Counted from the stretch's first letter, positions 22,745-37,133 are shown. The stretch: DNA of 54,272 nt from Raillietiella orientalis (GCA_036172245.1 JAYWIR010000159.1:1-54272), one strand, 5' to 3'. Numbers and translations: made by a program. Notes: generated by a model from the letters alone, not told the origin.

Positions 22745-24258
22745 CCACCCCAGCGGCGTCGCTTGACGATTTCTTTGAGTTGATCCGTCGCTGTGCGGGC
22801 GTGAGCGTCAACAGGAGCAAGAGCATGGTTGTTCCGGTTGAAGCGACGTGGGCGGGGCAGTCCGACTGGATGCGCCTGATGATCCCCACAGGCAGGTACC
22901 TAAGGTACCTTGGCGTGCCGTTGGTCGACTTCTGAATCTCAGAAGTGTAGTCTTGTTGCCTTCGGAAAGCAGAGCGTGCACTTGGTCCGTTCTCAGGAGG
23001 AGAGTTCGTCTTGCCGGAACGCGCCAGCTTCTGGAACACTTTCGTTGTCCCCCTCCTTCGCCCCCTGTTTATATGTTTGTCCATCCCCCCAGGAAGTCAA
23101 AGTCTGGGCGCAGCTCCTTGTACGCAAAACGTTGTGGAGCGCTGCAAGATCTCGTATTAGACTTAACGACTTGGTGGCGCCGCGTCAGGATGCAGGCTTG
23201 GGCATCCTTGACTTAAAAACCATCGAGCTGCAGGTGCATTTTCGAATGCTGCAACTCAGTGCCAAGCTGTGGTTTACGCCGTGGTGCTTACTTGCACTAC
23301 TTATACTAAGGCGCTGCACGGGAAGCGAGGGACTGCTTTCGTTGCTGCCCCAATTTCGGCAGACCAGAATAGGGTTTGCCTTCCCGCTGAGGCAGCTTTC
23401 CTTACTGCTGGAAGCCCAATGTTAAACCTCCTGCCGCCTTATGAACATTATTGCATGGCGGCAGGAATCTTTTCCATCGTGGGCAGCTTCCGAAGGATCA
23501 CGCCCGAACGATCTTCGGCGTCTGCGACTTCTCCTCAGTAATCCAATGGACGAAGTCATGCAGGAAAAGATGTCGGATCCTCTGGCCGCCACACCGCTCG
23601 CCGCAGCGCTGTCTGCCCTCAGGGCAAGCAACGACAGTAGCCTACCGGCGAAATGGGAGTTCTCCTGCTCAATAGCGGGAGTCAGTAAGCTCCTCGGCTG
23701 CTGGACGACAAAGGGACTGGTGGAAACTGCCACTCCTCGTAATCAAGCGAAGCGCCTGCTTCGGTGGAGCAACATTTAAATGCACCTCCCGAAGAGATAG
23801 TGGTCTCCACCATATGTTTGGACAGCTCCGTGTTCCCCTTAATGTGGAAACAAGACGTGCTGCTCTTTTTACACTGGGGCTTCCACTGTAATCGGCAGCG
23901 AAGCACCGTTTCCGGGGGAGCTGCTCCACCAAACTGTTTGGGGTGCGGTCTGATCGAGTCTTTTCCGCACCTCTTGATAGACTGCGGTGACCTTCGTGAA
24001 CTGTGGCGAAGGCTGATTGCAGCCATCCTGCCGCAGGGAGTCACTGCCATTGATGTGCTGCGGCGCTTCTTCAGGAGGAATGGATTTTCGGTAGGCGCGA
24101 TTGAAGCAAGTATGTGTTGCATTCGCGCCATCGTGAAGGCCCGCTACGCCCTGGAGTTGTCAGCCCAGCGAAGGAAGGCTTACCGGTTTGCAGCAGAATC
24201 CATGGAAAACGCTGCCAGCTGGTCTCATTACAGACTTTTCGGAACTTTAATCCGCTGA
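22745..24258 (+). pseudogene. ORF2 C-terminal remnant (end of RT/thumb to Cys-rich zinc finger)
   Basis: GVSVNRSKS, LRYLGVPL, LWSAARSRIRLNDLVAPRQDAGLGILDL and CLGCGLIESFPHLLIDCGDLRELW. Several stops and frameshifts; no endonuclease or YxDD core. Confidence 0.88.
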
Positions 24259-27200
24259 CCACAACGACCTGAATCCCACACATACCCCTTCCCCGCTCAC
24301 ACTGCTAAAATACCGGTGCCATCACTATTATCCCGGAGAGAACCAGTGCGATCCCAAAGACCCTTATCCCCGCGTCCACCGTTGATTACTTTTGTTTTTG
24401 TTTCTTGGTTTTTCCAGTTCCAAAAAACCGTTCTGTGTAATTCTGGCTTGCGTGCCAGCAATGTTCTATTGATACTTGTGCCGTCGTCGGTTGTGGGCAT
24501 GGTCCCCAACTGGTTTATTTTATATATTTATTTCTGTTGTATTCATATGAAATAAACGCCCCGGCGAGCTTCAGTGAGAAATATCCTAGGTAGAAGAGGA
24601 AACGAAGATTTGGCAGTGTTGTGTTAAGAAATTGCAAAAAATTCTTCTTTTCCTTAATGAGCAAAAGTACTTGAATCGTAAGGAGTATCGTGGTTTTAAA
24701 TCCCTCAACCACGCAGAATTTCAGGGTGAAATGAAGGTTTCCTTTGTGTGTGATTATTGTCATTACGGAAGGATTCCTCGCTCCGTCAAAACCCCTACTA
24801 TACCATAAAGATCACAATCTATTGACTGCTCACCTTCTCCAGGATAAAATTGGAATTCCACGGTTCTGTTTGAGTCCACAATTTCCTTCACAACCTGAAA
24901 GTACTTGCGAGACAGTCCGAAATTCTATTGCTTGTAGTCAAAATTCGCAAGATATCTTCTTTGCAGAGCGTGCAAGAGTTGATCTTCAGTATGATGAACG
25001 AAACGTGGAGCTCTGTGAATTGACCGTAGGTGCACGGGGTTACATCTTCCCTGGAAACGAACACGTGCATTTTTCGGAAGGATGTTGGAATACCATGGAA
25101 GACAGAAACTCCGGCAGAGGCATTGCGCTGGAGAAATGTACCGCAGCTACATTATCTAGACGTATAACGGACAACATATTGCAAGGGATATCTGACCATG
25201 AAGAGTGACCTCAATCCGCGGCTTTGTTCATACATTCTTTGACGACGGAAAATCAAGTACTGTCTTGGTGGCACGAAAGTGGGAAGAAATTCGTAATAAA
25301 TATTGGATAGGCTGCCTGAATGCGGCGTGTCAGTGTTCCGTGACAGCAAAAGTAAGCTCGATGAAAACCTCTTCCATACATCGAAATATGCATAACGATG
25401 AACCTATATGAATCTGCTGTGTCGTTGTGCCCACATTTAAAATGTAGTCTGCATAAATGCTTTTACTATCTGGGAAAAAAATGAGATAGAGATTCGTTAA
25501 GCGGTGGACATTCCTCTAAAGTCAATCCAACCTTCAGAGAAGACGATCGACTTGCATTGCTGTTCAGCGACGATGGTGCATGCAAGTGAACATTTGAAAG
25601 CTTGCCGGAACCGGACGATCACAGCGAAAATGCAACACCCACGAGGTCAACTCTTTTTCACGAGATCCACTCAATTCCATAACATTCAACATGATCATAA
25701 GGGATGTGTAAGACAGTAGCTCATCTACGGTTATTCTCGAAGGACGCGATCTGCGTTGACACATGCAGCACGACAGTGTGCTCTTCAATCTCTTCCTTTC
25801 TCGGATGCGAACCTGCTGCCAACCTGTTGCTCGTTTGCTTTATCACGACGGAAAGCTCTGTCTCCGACGGTGACGATCGTTCCTCATGTGTACGAAAAAG
25901 AACAACAATGGTTTCGGAGAAATTAGAAGCGAGATTAGAAAGTATCCATGATGACAACGGATAGAGAGAAATGATTTGATTCGGAGAGAGCATTAAAGAA
26001 AGCATTCAACCGTGCAGAAGACGTGCTTTCTAGATGGCATACCACCATTAGATATTCTTGGAGAGCGTTGGGGCCCATGCGGGTACGTGTTGACACATTG
26101 GGATAAACGGGATTCGTGTCGATGAGAACCGCTGTGTAACGAAGGGACGAAAGAACGAGAATAAACAACGAAGAGATCGCTGTGCCACTCACCCTACAGC
26201 CGCTTTCGCATGCCTCTTAAGATTGTTACGTGCGCAAGGCGTGCCGTGGCCAAATGCGATACTTCTGCAGACGGAGACCTTTGTTTACAATGCATAACGC
26301 ACCAGGGAACTCAGAGCGGGCGAGCCACCGCCTCCATCATCGTTGCACTGCCGCAGTTTTCGGGCAGCGCGGTGCCGCCTGGCCGCACTTCCTCACAGGT
26401 CCGATGTAGGCAGCCGACCGCAATTCTCCTCGCAACTAACATGCTTTTCGATTCCTTTCTAATTCCTTTTATTTCTGAGTGCTCTGCGTATCCCACGGGG
26501 AAAACTCAAACGGAAATGTGCTCTTCCCTGTACCAGAAAGTATTGCTGTGCACCCTTTCCATTACGTACGGACATTCCCATGCTTCCAGATGTGTGAACC
26601 TATTGGTTTCAGTATCTTTCAAGGAACACAGAACAAGCGACGCATTGAGATTACATACACCTGTCTCGAGAATGGACTTTTCCATGCTTTTGTACAAACG
26701 AATCGAAAGTGTAAAATTTTTGGATACTCCGTCAAGTGTAATGAATGTCTCAATCTCTGGTATTCTTATTGGTATACGCACTAAATAAACATGTCAAGAA
26801 TGGAAATTAAGATAAGGATTTCCACCGAACATTAGTTTTTTAAGAAGTGTGCCACTTCAGTTTCAGTTCAGAAAGAACACCTCAAGGATTCCCGCCGCCG
26901 CTCAGCAGTAGCTTGCCTTCGATTCAAGCATCGCACAGGCTGTTTGTCTAGTTTCCTATCGACGCCATTATGGAGGCAACAACCTTCAATGTTGAGAGTT
27001 AAGAGAGGAAGGATTTGAACCGCTTGCCCCAAGTGAAACAGGAAAACGGAGGTGTTCCTCTCGAAAGTTAGCGGTCACGAGTTCCTCGAGAGTTTGAGCT
27101 GATAATTCTGCATACGGCCAATCCAAAAACGTGACTCCTGCTTAGATGAAATTCTTTATCGTGCTAGGCCGCGTTGGAAGCTGTACAGCTCTACCATTTC

Positions 27201-30200
27201 AAACTAAAGGTTTGATCCGCTCATCTACTTTGGAAAACTATCATCTACCAAAGAAGTTTCTTAACATTCGCCACATGTTGGCTCCGCGTATGTAGAACCG
27301 TTTTTGGTCTCCTTGCAAACCTTCTAGAAAGATTGTAAATCTAGGAACACAGGCAGACATCTTGCCATGATTTTGCTTCAATTGATGCGAAACTATATAC
27401 AACACGTCCCAGCGACGAACTGCTTTCAAAAGGCAAACGACAAAACCTATGGTGTATGCACTATATTCCTGGAAGTAATCGGCTGCTTCATTTTCAAGCT
27501 ATGCGATAAAAAAATGTTGTGAAAATGAGAATCTTGATATCCGTAGCTCATTTTCCGTAACTCGCATGGATAATGAAAGATTTGCTCACTCACTTTTTTC
27601 CGCAAAAGGACTTTTCTCTGCGCCATTCTCGATTTCATCACGCAAGCTGTCCGCGAACGCAGTACATAGTTAGGAAGACTGCGCGGAAAGAGCACTTTCG
27701 CGACTTTCAAGCCAACGATCCCCCAAGGGCACCCCGTCGTTGCCAAGGAAGAGAGAAAAGAGCTAGGTAAGAGGAGAAGAAGCGGCTAGATCGGGATAGA
27801 AATAAGAGAATGCTTCCTATCTCGTATGCACGACCAATGGAGTGACATCAAAGTGGGTAACAAGGCAAAAAGAGCATGACCGCTTTGACCACCAAGTGCC
27901 TCCGTCTTCTGGAATCTAGCCACGAAGTCAGCAGAGTACAGTATCGTGTGACTCCACGGATCGTTATTCTTAAGGCAAACAAATACGAAATTGACATCTG
28001 CCGCACGAAATCTCGATTTGGCAATTCACTTTGCTGCGTGGCAAAACTGGAAGCTGGATACCTCTTTCGGATCGCACAGAAATGGCTTTCCAGAGCTGCG
28101 GAGGATCTGCAGTCGGGCTGTCCTCAAGGTGCGGTTTAATGCGCTCTGCTCTAGAATGAACTTGTTTTCTGAAGGATCACCATCCTTGCAGCAGTGTTGC
28201 TTACGACCTTGGAGAAGCTTTCCATGACAAAATTACAATAGGCAGCGTAGACGCAAGTCCTCTCGAGCTCATTAGCAATCCATGTGCCTGTAATCAAGAA
28301 TTTACATTTTCTCAACCCACGTAGTATGATGAGCATATGAGGAACACGTATAGGAAGTTTAGAAACATCAAAGTTACGTGCACATTGCTTTTATTAAATA
28401 GTATTGCTGTTTCAATGGGTCCATGTAAATAGAATGCATATGAAGCCAGCGAATGTGTACAGTGTTTCAGAATGCCAGTATGGTGGAGAATCTATGGGAA
28501 AAAAAGAGAAACGGGAAAGTCGTGGAACGAGCAGAGAAAAACCTTGTCATTTGGACTTCCAAATTTTTATGTCCGAACCAACTGTAGAAAAATTTTTCGA
28601 AGTATTGGGTGAATGACGCTGCTTTCAGTAAGCAAGCGCACGATGAATGCGTTTGTTCAGAATTTATGAATCCTATGTGAATATCATCTTTCTTTTGCTA
28701 TGTGTTTTGCGATGTACCCAACCAACCGAAACAGCAATCAGAACTTCATCTGCTAGCAATCGTAGCGTATAAGTCCATGCAAATTACTGAATGGGTTCCT
28801 GATATGTGGTTGTTAATAAATATTCATGCTTGTTTCTTCCTGAAGTTTATTTGCGTATTAATGAACATATCAATTTCACTTAAGATTTGCCGGCAGCTTT
28901 GATATCCGTAAACTCACGGAACTCCAGAATTCGGGAATGCGAACGAAACTCAAATGGCGACTCATCAAACAGAGGACGAACAAGATGAGAGGACGACACT
29001 CGTGCCAGCATTACGATTCCATTGCTTGTTCCGCTACTACAAAATCACAAACCTGAAGAAGGGAACAAATGCCACTGGGGAACGAAGCTCCCGGCGAAGA
29101 AGTACTCACCTGAGATGGAAGACTAGCAGTAAACAGGGAACTAAAAAAAACCACATCTCGCTCCCCATGAAACGCGATGTGGTTGGGGGTCTCCTCAGGG
29201 ATCACTCTCGCTCGGAAGCATGCAGGCCGCATCCAGAAAACGAAGTACGCGACGCCAGCATCGCGAACGATGACAAGTGATGCAGAGAGAGCCATGTCTC
29301 TTGCTAGCGGATCCGTGCTACGTGGAGCAGCGTCCGCATGGACGCCGTTCCAATTCGTTGCGGTTGTGCTCCGGCCGGCACGCGAGCGCGTCCTTGGCAC
29401 CAGACAGCAGCTGCTGCTGATCCGGCTTCCGTGATGCTGAGTGCTCCTGCAGGTGATCGTGGTACCTCCCCGACTGCACTGCTGGTGTCTTCTCATGCAG
29501 CTCCTAATGAACGGCGTAGCCCGCTAGAAGTTGCTCTATCAGCTCCGCGCTTTGCTCTTCTTCGGGCACCTCGACAATAGTGTGCAGCTTTGTGCGGTGT
29601 TGGAAATACAAGCAGAGGTAGCGTCTGTTCTGGATTAGGAGGCGAAGGTAGTTCCTGGTCTGCTTTCGTAGCGTGTTATTTGCTGATTTGACCGGCATGC
29701 CTAGAAGAAACAATCATAAAGGGAAACATGAATCCACTTCTATACGTCGCGGAGGGCGTTCAGGTGTCACACAGGTGGATTAGGTTGTGGCGAATTTCCG
29801 TGCACAGGTGGCGAGCGTTGCACGGAAAGTTTGGCTTCTTCCGCGGTCGAATGGCGGCCAAAGCGCATTCGCCCGCGCGCGGCCTGCCCGCTGGCACAAT
29901 CCGCAGCCGCGAGCCGCCGCCGAACGCATACAGGGGTGTTCACCGTGAGCGAAGTCGGCCAGCGGTCCACTGGCCGCGCACTCCCAACTGCTGGCTGAGG
30001 TCCTCTTGGACAGCGGTACTCACTGCTAAAGGCTGGCGTCGATCCGAGAGCTCGATGGTCCGTCTTGCGTGCAGTGAATACGTTTCAAGAAGAGCTATCT
30101 TGCGGCACGCGAGACGAGAGAGAACGGAGTCCGTGCTCGACTGAAAGTATTTCTCGAATGCTGGAAAATTCGAATCCTTGATCCACCAATGGAATGATGG

Positions 30201-33200
30201 ATCACGATGCTATGATTTGTGTCGTCACGGCAGCGAGACCAATGTTCTCCTGGACATGAGTGGAGGTACCGTTGGCGCGACCGGTGTTCCGCGGGCAGCG
30301 AACCGCGCCTGCGCGCTGGCGAGCAGCTGTCGAGCCGCATACGCTGTATCTCAGTCAGTTGTGGGCCGCCGATAACGAAGCTCTGCGCCCGCCTCCGCGT
30401 TCCGACCGCAAACGCGTATGTGGGATCTCGTTGTAGAAGGCGCTCCATGAGGGTCTCTTGTGGCTGCTGGAATGCCGCGACGGAGGGTTTAGCTACGTAG
30501 TTGCAACGAGAAGGTTTCGTTTCGTCGCAGCATGGGACGGCATTTACACTGCAAATCGATTGCACTCTTCTTCCAGAATTTTGCAATTTTTCCATTTGTG
30601 TTGTTGCCGAATGCACTTGAATTCATTTTTAAATCGAGGAATTGTGAAATGATTGGAAGCGAATCCTTCACAAAGTTCGCTCCTTTCCAGCGTTACCACC
30701 AAGCAAATGCAAATTCATGACTTTTTTACCGTTTTATTCCGAGAGATACTGGGATGCAGGCTACTCTTAAAGATAAGAATGAAGATTTAAGCGCGTCGAA
30801 GGCTTTGTGGTTAAGGCATCCGCGCGTGGCACCATGCGTCGCCGGATCGAATACTGTGGCAGAAAATGACGCAACTGCATCGTTGGGTTCCGAGTTTCTC
30901 CTGCAATAGCGATGGTTGTCCGATGATATTTCGCCGAGGCATCGGTGCTCGTTTAAGCCGGAGACCCCTCATGAAGGCCGGAACAATGGGAGTCGAACTT
31001 CGAGTCCTTTCACGATTCCAGGGAGTGGGAAGTTTCCCATCCGCTAGAACAACGGACAGCAGACCCCTTAGCGGGGGTCAAATTCGATTCTTCGCCACAT
31101 TTCAGAGTGCAATGTAAGGAACATGGAGCAAGAGCACGCAAGGGCTCCTCTCCTAGTCGTTAGCTGGAGCGGACCGCCCTCAGCGGTGGTACCCTTCCAT
31201 TCATGCTCTTCAGAAGAAACATGGAGCAGCAGCCCTCGCGAGATTAACACAAGGAAGGAAGCGTGAGCGATTACCTACAAGAAAGCGCAGAGCAGCTTCT
31301 GAGTTTCCGACGCGTGCTTTCAAGGTTCTCTTCAGAAGAGTGAACAAAAACGGTTCCCTTGCGGTTTCCCTCCGAAGAAGAAATTCTCCCAAGCGATTCT
31401 TTCCTGGTTCCCTTCGGAGAAGTTGAGATGGAGAAGACCACCATACGCAAGGGGCATGAGCCTTCGAAGAAGTTGAAATGAGACAATTTAAAATGGAGTG
31501 GACCTCGCTGTTCATTAGGGAAATAGGGTGCTTCCGGAGAGAAAGTGAAAGGAGACAACTTGGGTGGGAGGTGAGATCCCCATGGGTGAGAGAGGAACGG
31601 ACTCCGAGATCTTTCTGGACTCATATCCATAGCTCCTTCTGGGGTGCTCCATCTTGTAGAAAACATCGGCCCTTGCCTTAGACGGAGAGCCGTGGTAACA
31701 AAACACTGTGTTCAAAAAAGTAACGTGCGCCTTACGGCACGCGAGAGGCTCATGAGGCACATTTCACGAACGGAAACAAAGAAAACTGGAGAAGAAAAGA
31801 ACGAACAAATTAGGCAAACTCTAGGATTAGTGTGGCTTTCCAATAACAAGGAAAGAAAGTTAAAAACGGAACCACATTGAAAAGAGAACGGAATATCTAG
31901 TGTCACAGGCGCACAGTGGAGAGAACCGTCATCCTGCTGATTGCGAATTCATATGAATCGAGACTGTTCATCACCTGCAGCCCACCTACAAACCTGGGAA
32001 AGGGTTCCCCGAAACTTAGCAGTTCGGTTCTCGGATCATCTAGGCGTCAATGAAGAAATGTTCTTTCGTAGTAAGGATTAAGACACTTCAGGCTGTTTGT
32101 GACCAAGCCGCTTATGAATCGCGCAACAACCGTCCGATGATGCGAACATTGCAGCAGTTGGAGAAAGCTGAGGGAAAATCGCCGATCTTTGATTCCATGA
32201 GTTGCTGATGAGAGACCGAATTTTTCGTCAGAATGCAAAGCGACACATTATCCGTATCCACGGCGAGAAAACCGCCAGGGTGTTGACACATCAATATGCA
32301 CAGTTAAACGCAGGGGTACAAAGGAATCGACGCATCCACTTTTCAGCAGCAAGAATCCGTTGATATGAATAAATGCATGTGAGCATCGGAATCGTGTCTT
32401 GAGTTCCATCGACTTTGATAACCAAATATCAAGTCATTCATCGCACTTGGTACATAGAATTTTGAGTTCATTCGCAATCGAAGTTCTTGCTTTGCAGCAA
32501 TCGAGAATCGTGAAAGTACTGGTAGAAAGAGAAAGACCATAAAGTATTGACACATTTGTTCCATCATATGTATTCAAGTTGATGATAATACGCTGTTTTT
32601 CAGATGATCCGCGAGCGGATATCATATCGTCATCTGTATCCTGCTATCAAACAGACTGAAATTGTGCCATATCGAGGGATGGATGGCGCATATCAAGCAC
32701 ACCGGAAGCCACTTCACGTCCAATAGAGAGTTTGCGAGCGTCGTCCTCCAATGTCGAAAAACCTAGCATGAGATGTTGCGGGAGGTGGGTTCCTTAATTG
32801 ACGAGTTGTCTCTATGCCCCCAAAAGATTGCGTATAGCATCGGTGGTGCGCCTCATTTCCTCACTTGTTCATCTCAGTACCAGGTTGCTGGATATCTGGA
32901 CAGCAGCAAAAGTACGTGGAGAGAGTGGAGTTGGTTCGCAACATGTTCTTGCGTGTGAAAACTCCCAAGTGATTTGCTGTTAGCGTGCCTTTTGTTCGGT
33001 TACGTACAGGGACCAGCCGTGAAAGAAACAGCACCTTTGTGGGATGGCGGATCGCAGCGTAATAGGGAGGCTCTACAGAATGTTTCTACTTTTCCAGAGC
33101 ATCTACTTCGAATCGACCATGGCTGCACACCAATTTACTAAGAGACCGCTTCCGACTATGAGACCCAACTAATTGGTGGGTGCTTCTGGAAGAAAAATCC

Positions 33201-34109
33201 GTCGGGAGGTTCCACATTTGCTAGAGAACACCTGCATCTTCAGCGTCTAAGAAAACTGAGGATTCACACCTCCGTCACACGAAAAAAAAAGCATCAAGAT
33301 GCGAAAGACAGTGGCCGTCGTAAACGGAATGAGCATCTCGAAACAAGTGAACCCTGGAGAGCAGCAACTGACCATCTGCTTTCTCCAGATAGTCTAAAGT
33401 GCTGCGATTTACGCCCGAGAGGCACGAGACCAATTGCTTGCTGCAGGGCAGATTCTGCATCCGCTGTTTGCTCTCCGTGGAACGTCCAATCCCTGAAGAG
33501 CACCTGATCTCGATGGAATATGCATCCGAGTGTGTTTCTCGCGAACACGAGGTAATGCAGGATACAATGAAGTGCAGAGAAAAGTTCAGGTATGACAATC
33601 GAGAAAAGTGGAACCAAGAATGTGTGTTGGAAGTATGCAATTCTTGTTGACATTCTCGAGTACCTCAAGTAAGCTATGGCCATTTCTTCAAGCGAGAACC
33701 AAGGAAAGTCAGCAACCGCTTTTCTCTAGGACAGCATGAAACGCGTTCCCTGCATACGTACGTCAACTGCAGCTATTCATACGGCAAGGCTCACTGCTTC
33801 TGACAATGAGCAAGAGCAGCAAGTTGGGTGAAGGGAAAATACACTCACGTAAGACCACATCGCGGTGGTCATTGGATCCCCACGAAGACTTGTGTCTACA
33901 TGGATCACGGGTCATACACATGCAACTTCAATAGGCGCAGCGACTGGTAAGCCAACTGGCAGGGGAAGGATTACCATTGCCAAAATCCTCATTCTTCATC
34001 CTTTGCACATCAAGAACTCAAAACAACCCAACAGCCAAGGTACCCATGAACAAAGAGCATCAGCCACTTAATCATTATCTCTCTCCATTATTCTCTATCC
34101 ATAATCCCA

Positions 34110-34165
34110 GCCTTCATAGCTTAATTAAAACATTGATTTTGTAAATCAAAAATAAATTTAATGCA
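34110..34165 (+). tRNA. trnT: mt tRNA-Thr(UGU), NUMT pseudo-copy 3
   Basis: TTGAT-TTTGTAA-ATCAA anticodon arm. Confidence 0.75.
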
Positions 34166-34176
34166 ATAACCTTTCA

Positions 34177-34230
34177 TCAAGAAATAATCCTTTAACACCC
34201 AAAATTACTATTCTCATAAACTAATTTTTC
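34177..34230 (-). tRNA. trnP: mt tRNA-Pro(UGG), NUMT pseudo-copy 3
   Basis: Minus strand TAGTTTATGAGAATAGTAATTTTGGGTGTTAA. Confidence 0.7.
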
Positions 34231-35173
34231 ACATCACATACCCCCTCATTCTTTCCATCAAATCATACCCATTCATTCTTTTCATCGCTACTTTCCCTCC
34301 CGACAATAGGAAATAAAACACACAATATAATAAAACACCCCAACACAGATATATCTACTTATCATAACGATAACGAGGCAATACCCCTCGAAATCAAATA
34401 ATCACATACATTACAAATAAAGTTTTGATTCTCACCATATAACAGCCTCCTAAAAATAAACTACTCGTATTCAAACTTCAATAAACGATAAATCCATATT
34501 CCAGCAAAAATAAAAAAACAAACAATATAATATCATACCTCGCATTATAACCAGTCACCAACTCAGATTCACTTTCTAAAAAATCATACGGTAAAAGATT
34601 AACTTCTACTAAACATAGAACAATCCATACAATTAATCCACCCGCCCTACAAAATACTAAGCATCCCTCTAACTCCACATCTAATTGATATCCACCCAAA
34701 CACACTACTATACCCATTAATACAACAATCATACATACTTCATTAGAAATGATTTGAGCTAATGAACGCATCACACCAACAGACCTATATTTCCTATTAC
34801 TAGCTCAGCCACCCATTAATACTCCATATATCCTCCCTGTTAAGTAACACACAAACAACATTAAACCTATCATTCCCCCCACTAATCCCCAGCTTCTAGG
34901 ATGAATCACTCAGATTCCTACCATCACTGACACCATAATCAACGAACCCAACTTATCACCAACTTTATTTCTATCCATTAAATCATAGTGTTCCTTATTC
35001 AACAATTTTGAACCATCAAGAATAAGCTGAAAAATACCAACCCCTACTTTACCCGTCCGCTCGCGTCGTTGTACTCCTCCTAATACCTTACGCTCAACCA
35101 AAGTCACGAAAGACACACTAACCAATACCAGTAACATCGCAAATATTCTTTGAATAATCATTAACACGTTTAA
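34231..35173 (-). pseudogene. nad1: nad1 NUMT pseudogene, copy 3
   Basis: FVTLVERKVLG, RSLAQIISNEV and PYDFLESESELVTGYN. Disabled by indels and a stop. Confidence 0.95.
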
Positions 35174-35279
35174 CTTTCAAAATACCTGAACTTTCCAATC
35201 ATTAATACTAAGAAACTCTAACTACTCAAAGAATTCTTTAAATCATGGATATTAAAATTTTTCTTTACCCCAAAAATAT

Positions 35280-36375
35280 TTTAACTTTCCAATCCTTTCG
35301 TACATCATAATTTAAAGATTTAAACCAATCTGGCTTACGCCGATCTAAACTCAAATCACGTAGGATTTTCAGTCGAACAGACTGGTACTATAAACCTTAT
35401 TCATCTTATAGATACCTAATTCAACATCGAGGTCGCAAAATTTCATATCAATTAGAACTCTCCATGAAAATTACGCTGTTATCCATTAGGCAACTTTTTC
35501 TTCATTTCAAGATCAATATTACTTAATATATAAATTTTGAGTCATGAAGATAAATTCTTCATTATCCGCCCCAGATAACATCTCATCAAAATCTCATTTC
35601 ATTACCACATTTTCAATCTATTCAAAGACACTAGTTCTAAAGGGTCTGCTCGTCCCCTAAATTCACTATAGATTTTTCACTATAAAATGAAATTCAAATA
35701 CACAGAATAAGACAGTCTTGCTTAATACAATCTTTCATTCAGGTTATCAATTAAGTAACTAATTATTATGCTACCTTAGTACAGTCAATATACTGCAGCT
35801 GTTTATTATACACCGGGCAGATTATACCTTATATTATTCATAAGGAAATGTTTTTAAGAAACAGTTGAAACAAATTTTTGCCGAATTCCTTATAATATTC
35901 CCACTTCACAATCTAATCTTACCTAAGATGTTAGTAATTGAAGCATTATTTCACATAAATTATTATTAATTACATTAGATTACCATAATAATTTAAAAAT
36001 CAACAATAACGTAGTATTAAAACTTTGTAATAGCTACTTCAAAGCTCATAATTTATACCTATTATTATATTTATAAATACATTAAGCTTATCCCCAATTT
36101 TTACTTACTAATAATTAGAACTATTAATTTGTCAGCATATCACCCCTAAATAAAATTCCACTATATTTTGTTACATACAACAATCATTTTATTTAACTCA
36201 TTAACATTCAAACATTAAATATAAATTCTCAATTGATTCCACTCTGATGCAAAAGGCAATTAATTTTAATACTTTATCACTATTAATTGACAGTCGTATT
36301 CAGTACTTTTCACTATCATTATAAAATAAATTTTTTTACTAATAATCTCATACTCAAACATAACGAAATTTTAAA
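35280..36375 (-). rRNA. rrnL: mt 16S rRNA, NUMT pseudo-copy 3
   Basis: CCGATCTAAACTCAAATCACGTAGG, TCAACATCGAGGTCGCAA and TTACGCTGTTATCC. Confidence 0.93.
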
Positions 36376-36424
36376 TAATTATCAACATCAAGCCAATCTT
36401 TACTTCTACTGGTAAATTACCCCC

Positions 36425-37133
36425 TTGCCTATATACACCTTCCGCTACATCTACTATGTTACGACTTATCTAATATTATATCAGAGCGACGGGCGATTTG
36501 TATTTAATGATTGTTAAATTCAACTTGCTCTTCTTAAACAAATTTACAATTAAATCCTATTTCAATTCAACACATCCATCTTTAATATAACCTAGTACAC
36601 ACATCATTCTTTTTTATGCTGCATCTTGATTAGAACTCTTAATTACAATCTATTTAGAAAATTAATTACTCTTAAATAAACGAATCAACGATATACAAAC
36701 ACTAAAAAAAGTAAGTTCCTCGCGGATTATCGTTTACTAAGCAAACTCCTCTAATGATACTCATAACCACCAATTCATATAAGTCCCCTTCCCTTTTTTT
36801 TTTAATATCCACCATTTATATTAGAGTACCTAATTCTATTTTATTAATAATAGCTCATTAAAAACCAATAACCTCCTATCGAACCAAAAGTTCTCATATT
36901 AAATTAATAAAACATTAATGTTACTTTAACTTTCACGTTTAACTGCTATTGCTGGCACGCATATTCATAAAACATTAAATCATTACTAATTCAAATCCCT
37001 TTTAGAATTAAAATTAAATACTATGTATCTGCTTTTAAAATTTATATATACCTTATTATTAGAATTAACACTAAACCTCATGCAAAAATTATTACTAATA
37101 GCCTTTAACGTAAAGCATAATTCAATCCTAAAT
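36425..37133 (-). rRNA. rrnS: mt 12S rRNA, NUMT pseudo-copy 3
   Basis: TACTATGTTACGACTTATC, AGAGCGACGGGCGATTTGT and TGCTGGCACG. Confidence 0.92.

Larger units (their letters stand above)
21299..24580 (+). mobile_element. L1/Tx1-type non-LTR retrotransposon, internally deleted, inserted in repeat copy 2
   Basis: Absent at the matching site in copies 1 and 3 (GATCTCCTG|GGTAGAA). Contains a CCHC ORF1, the ORF2 C-terminal half and AATAAA at 24551. Possible degenerate TSD ATCTCCTG/ATATCCTA. Confidence 0.88.
14048..30507 (+). repeat. ~13-kb tandem macro-repeat, copy 2 (16,460 bp including a 3.3-kb retrotransposon insertion)
   Basis: AAGGTTTCGTTTC anchor at 14051 and again at 30511. Colinear with copy 1 apart from the insert at 21299-~24580 and small indels. 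Confidence 0.95.
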
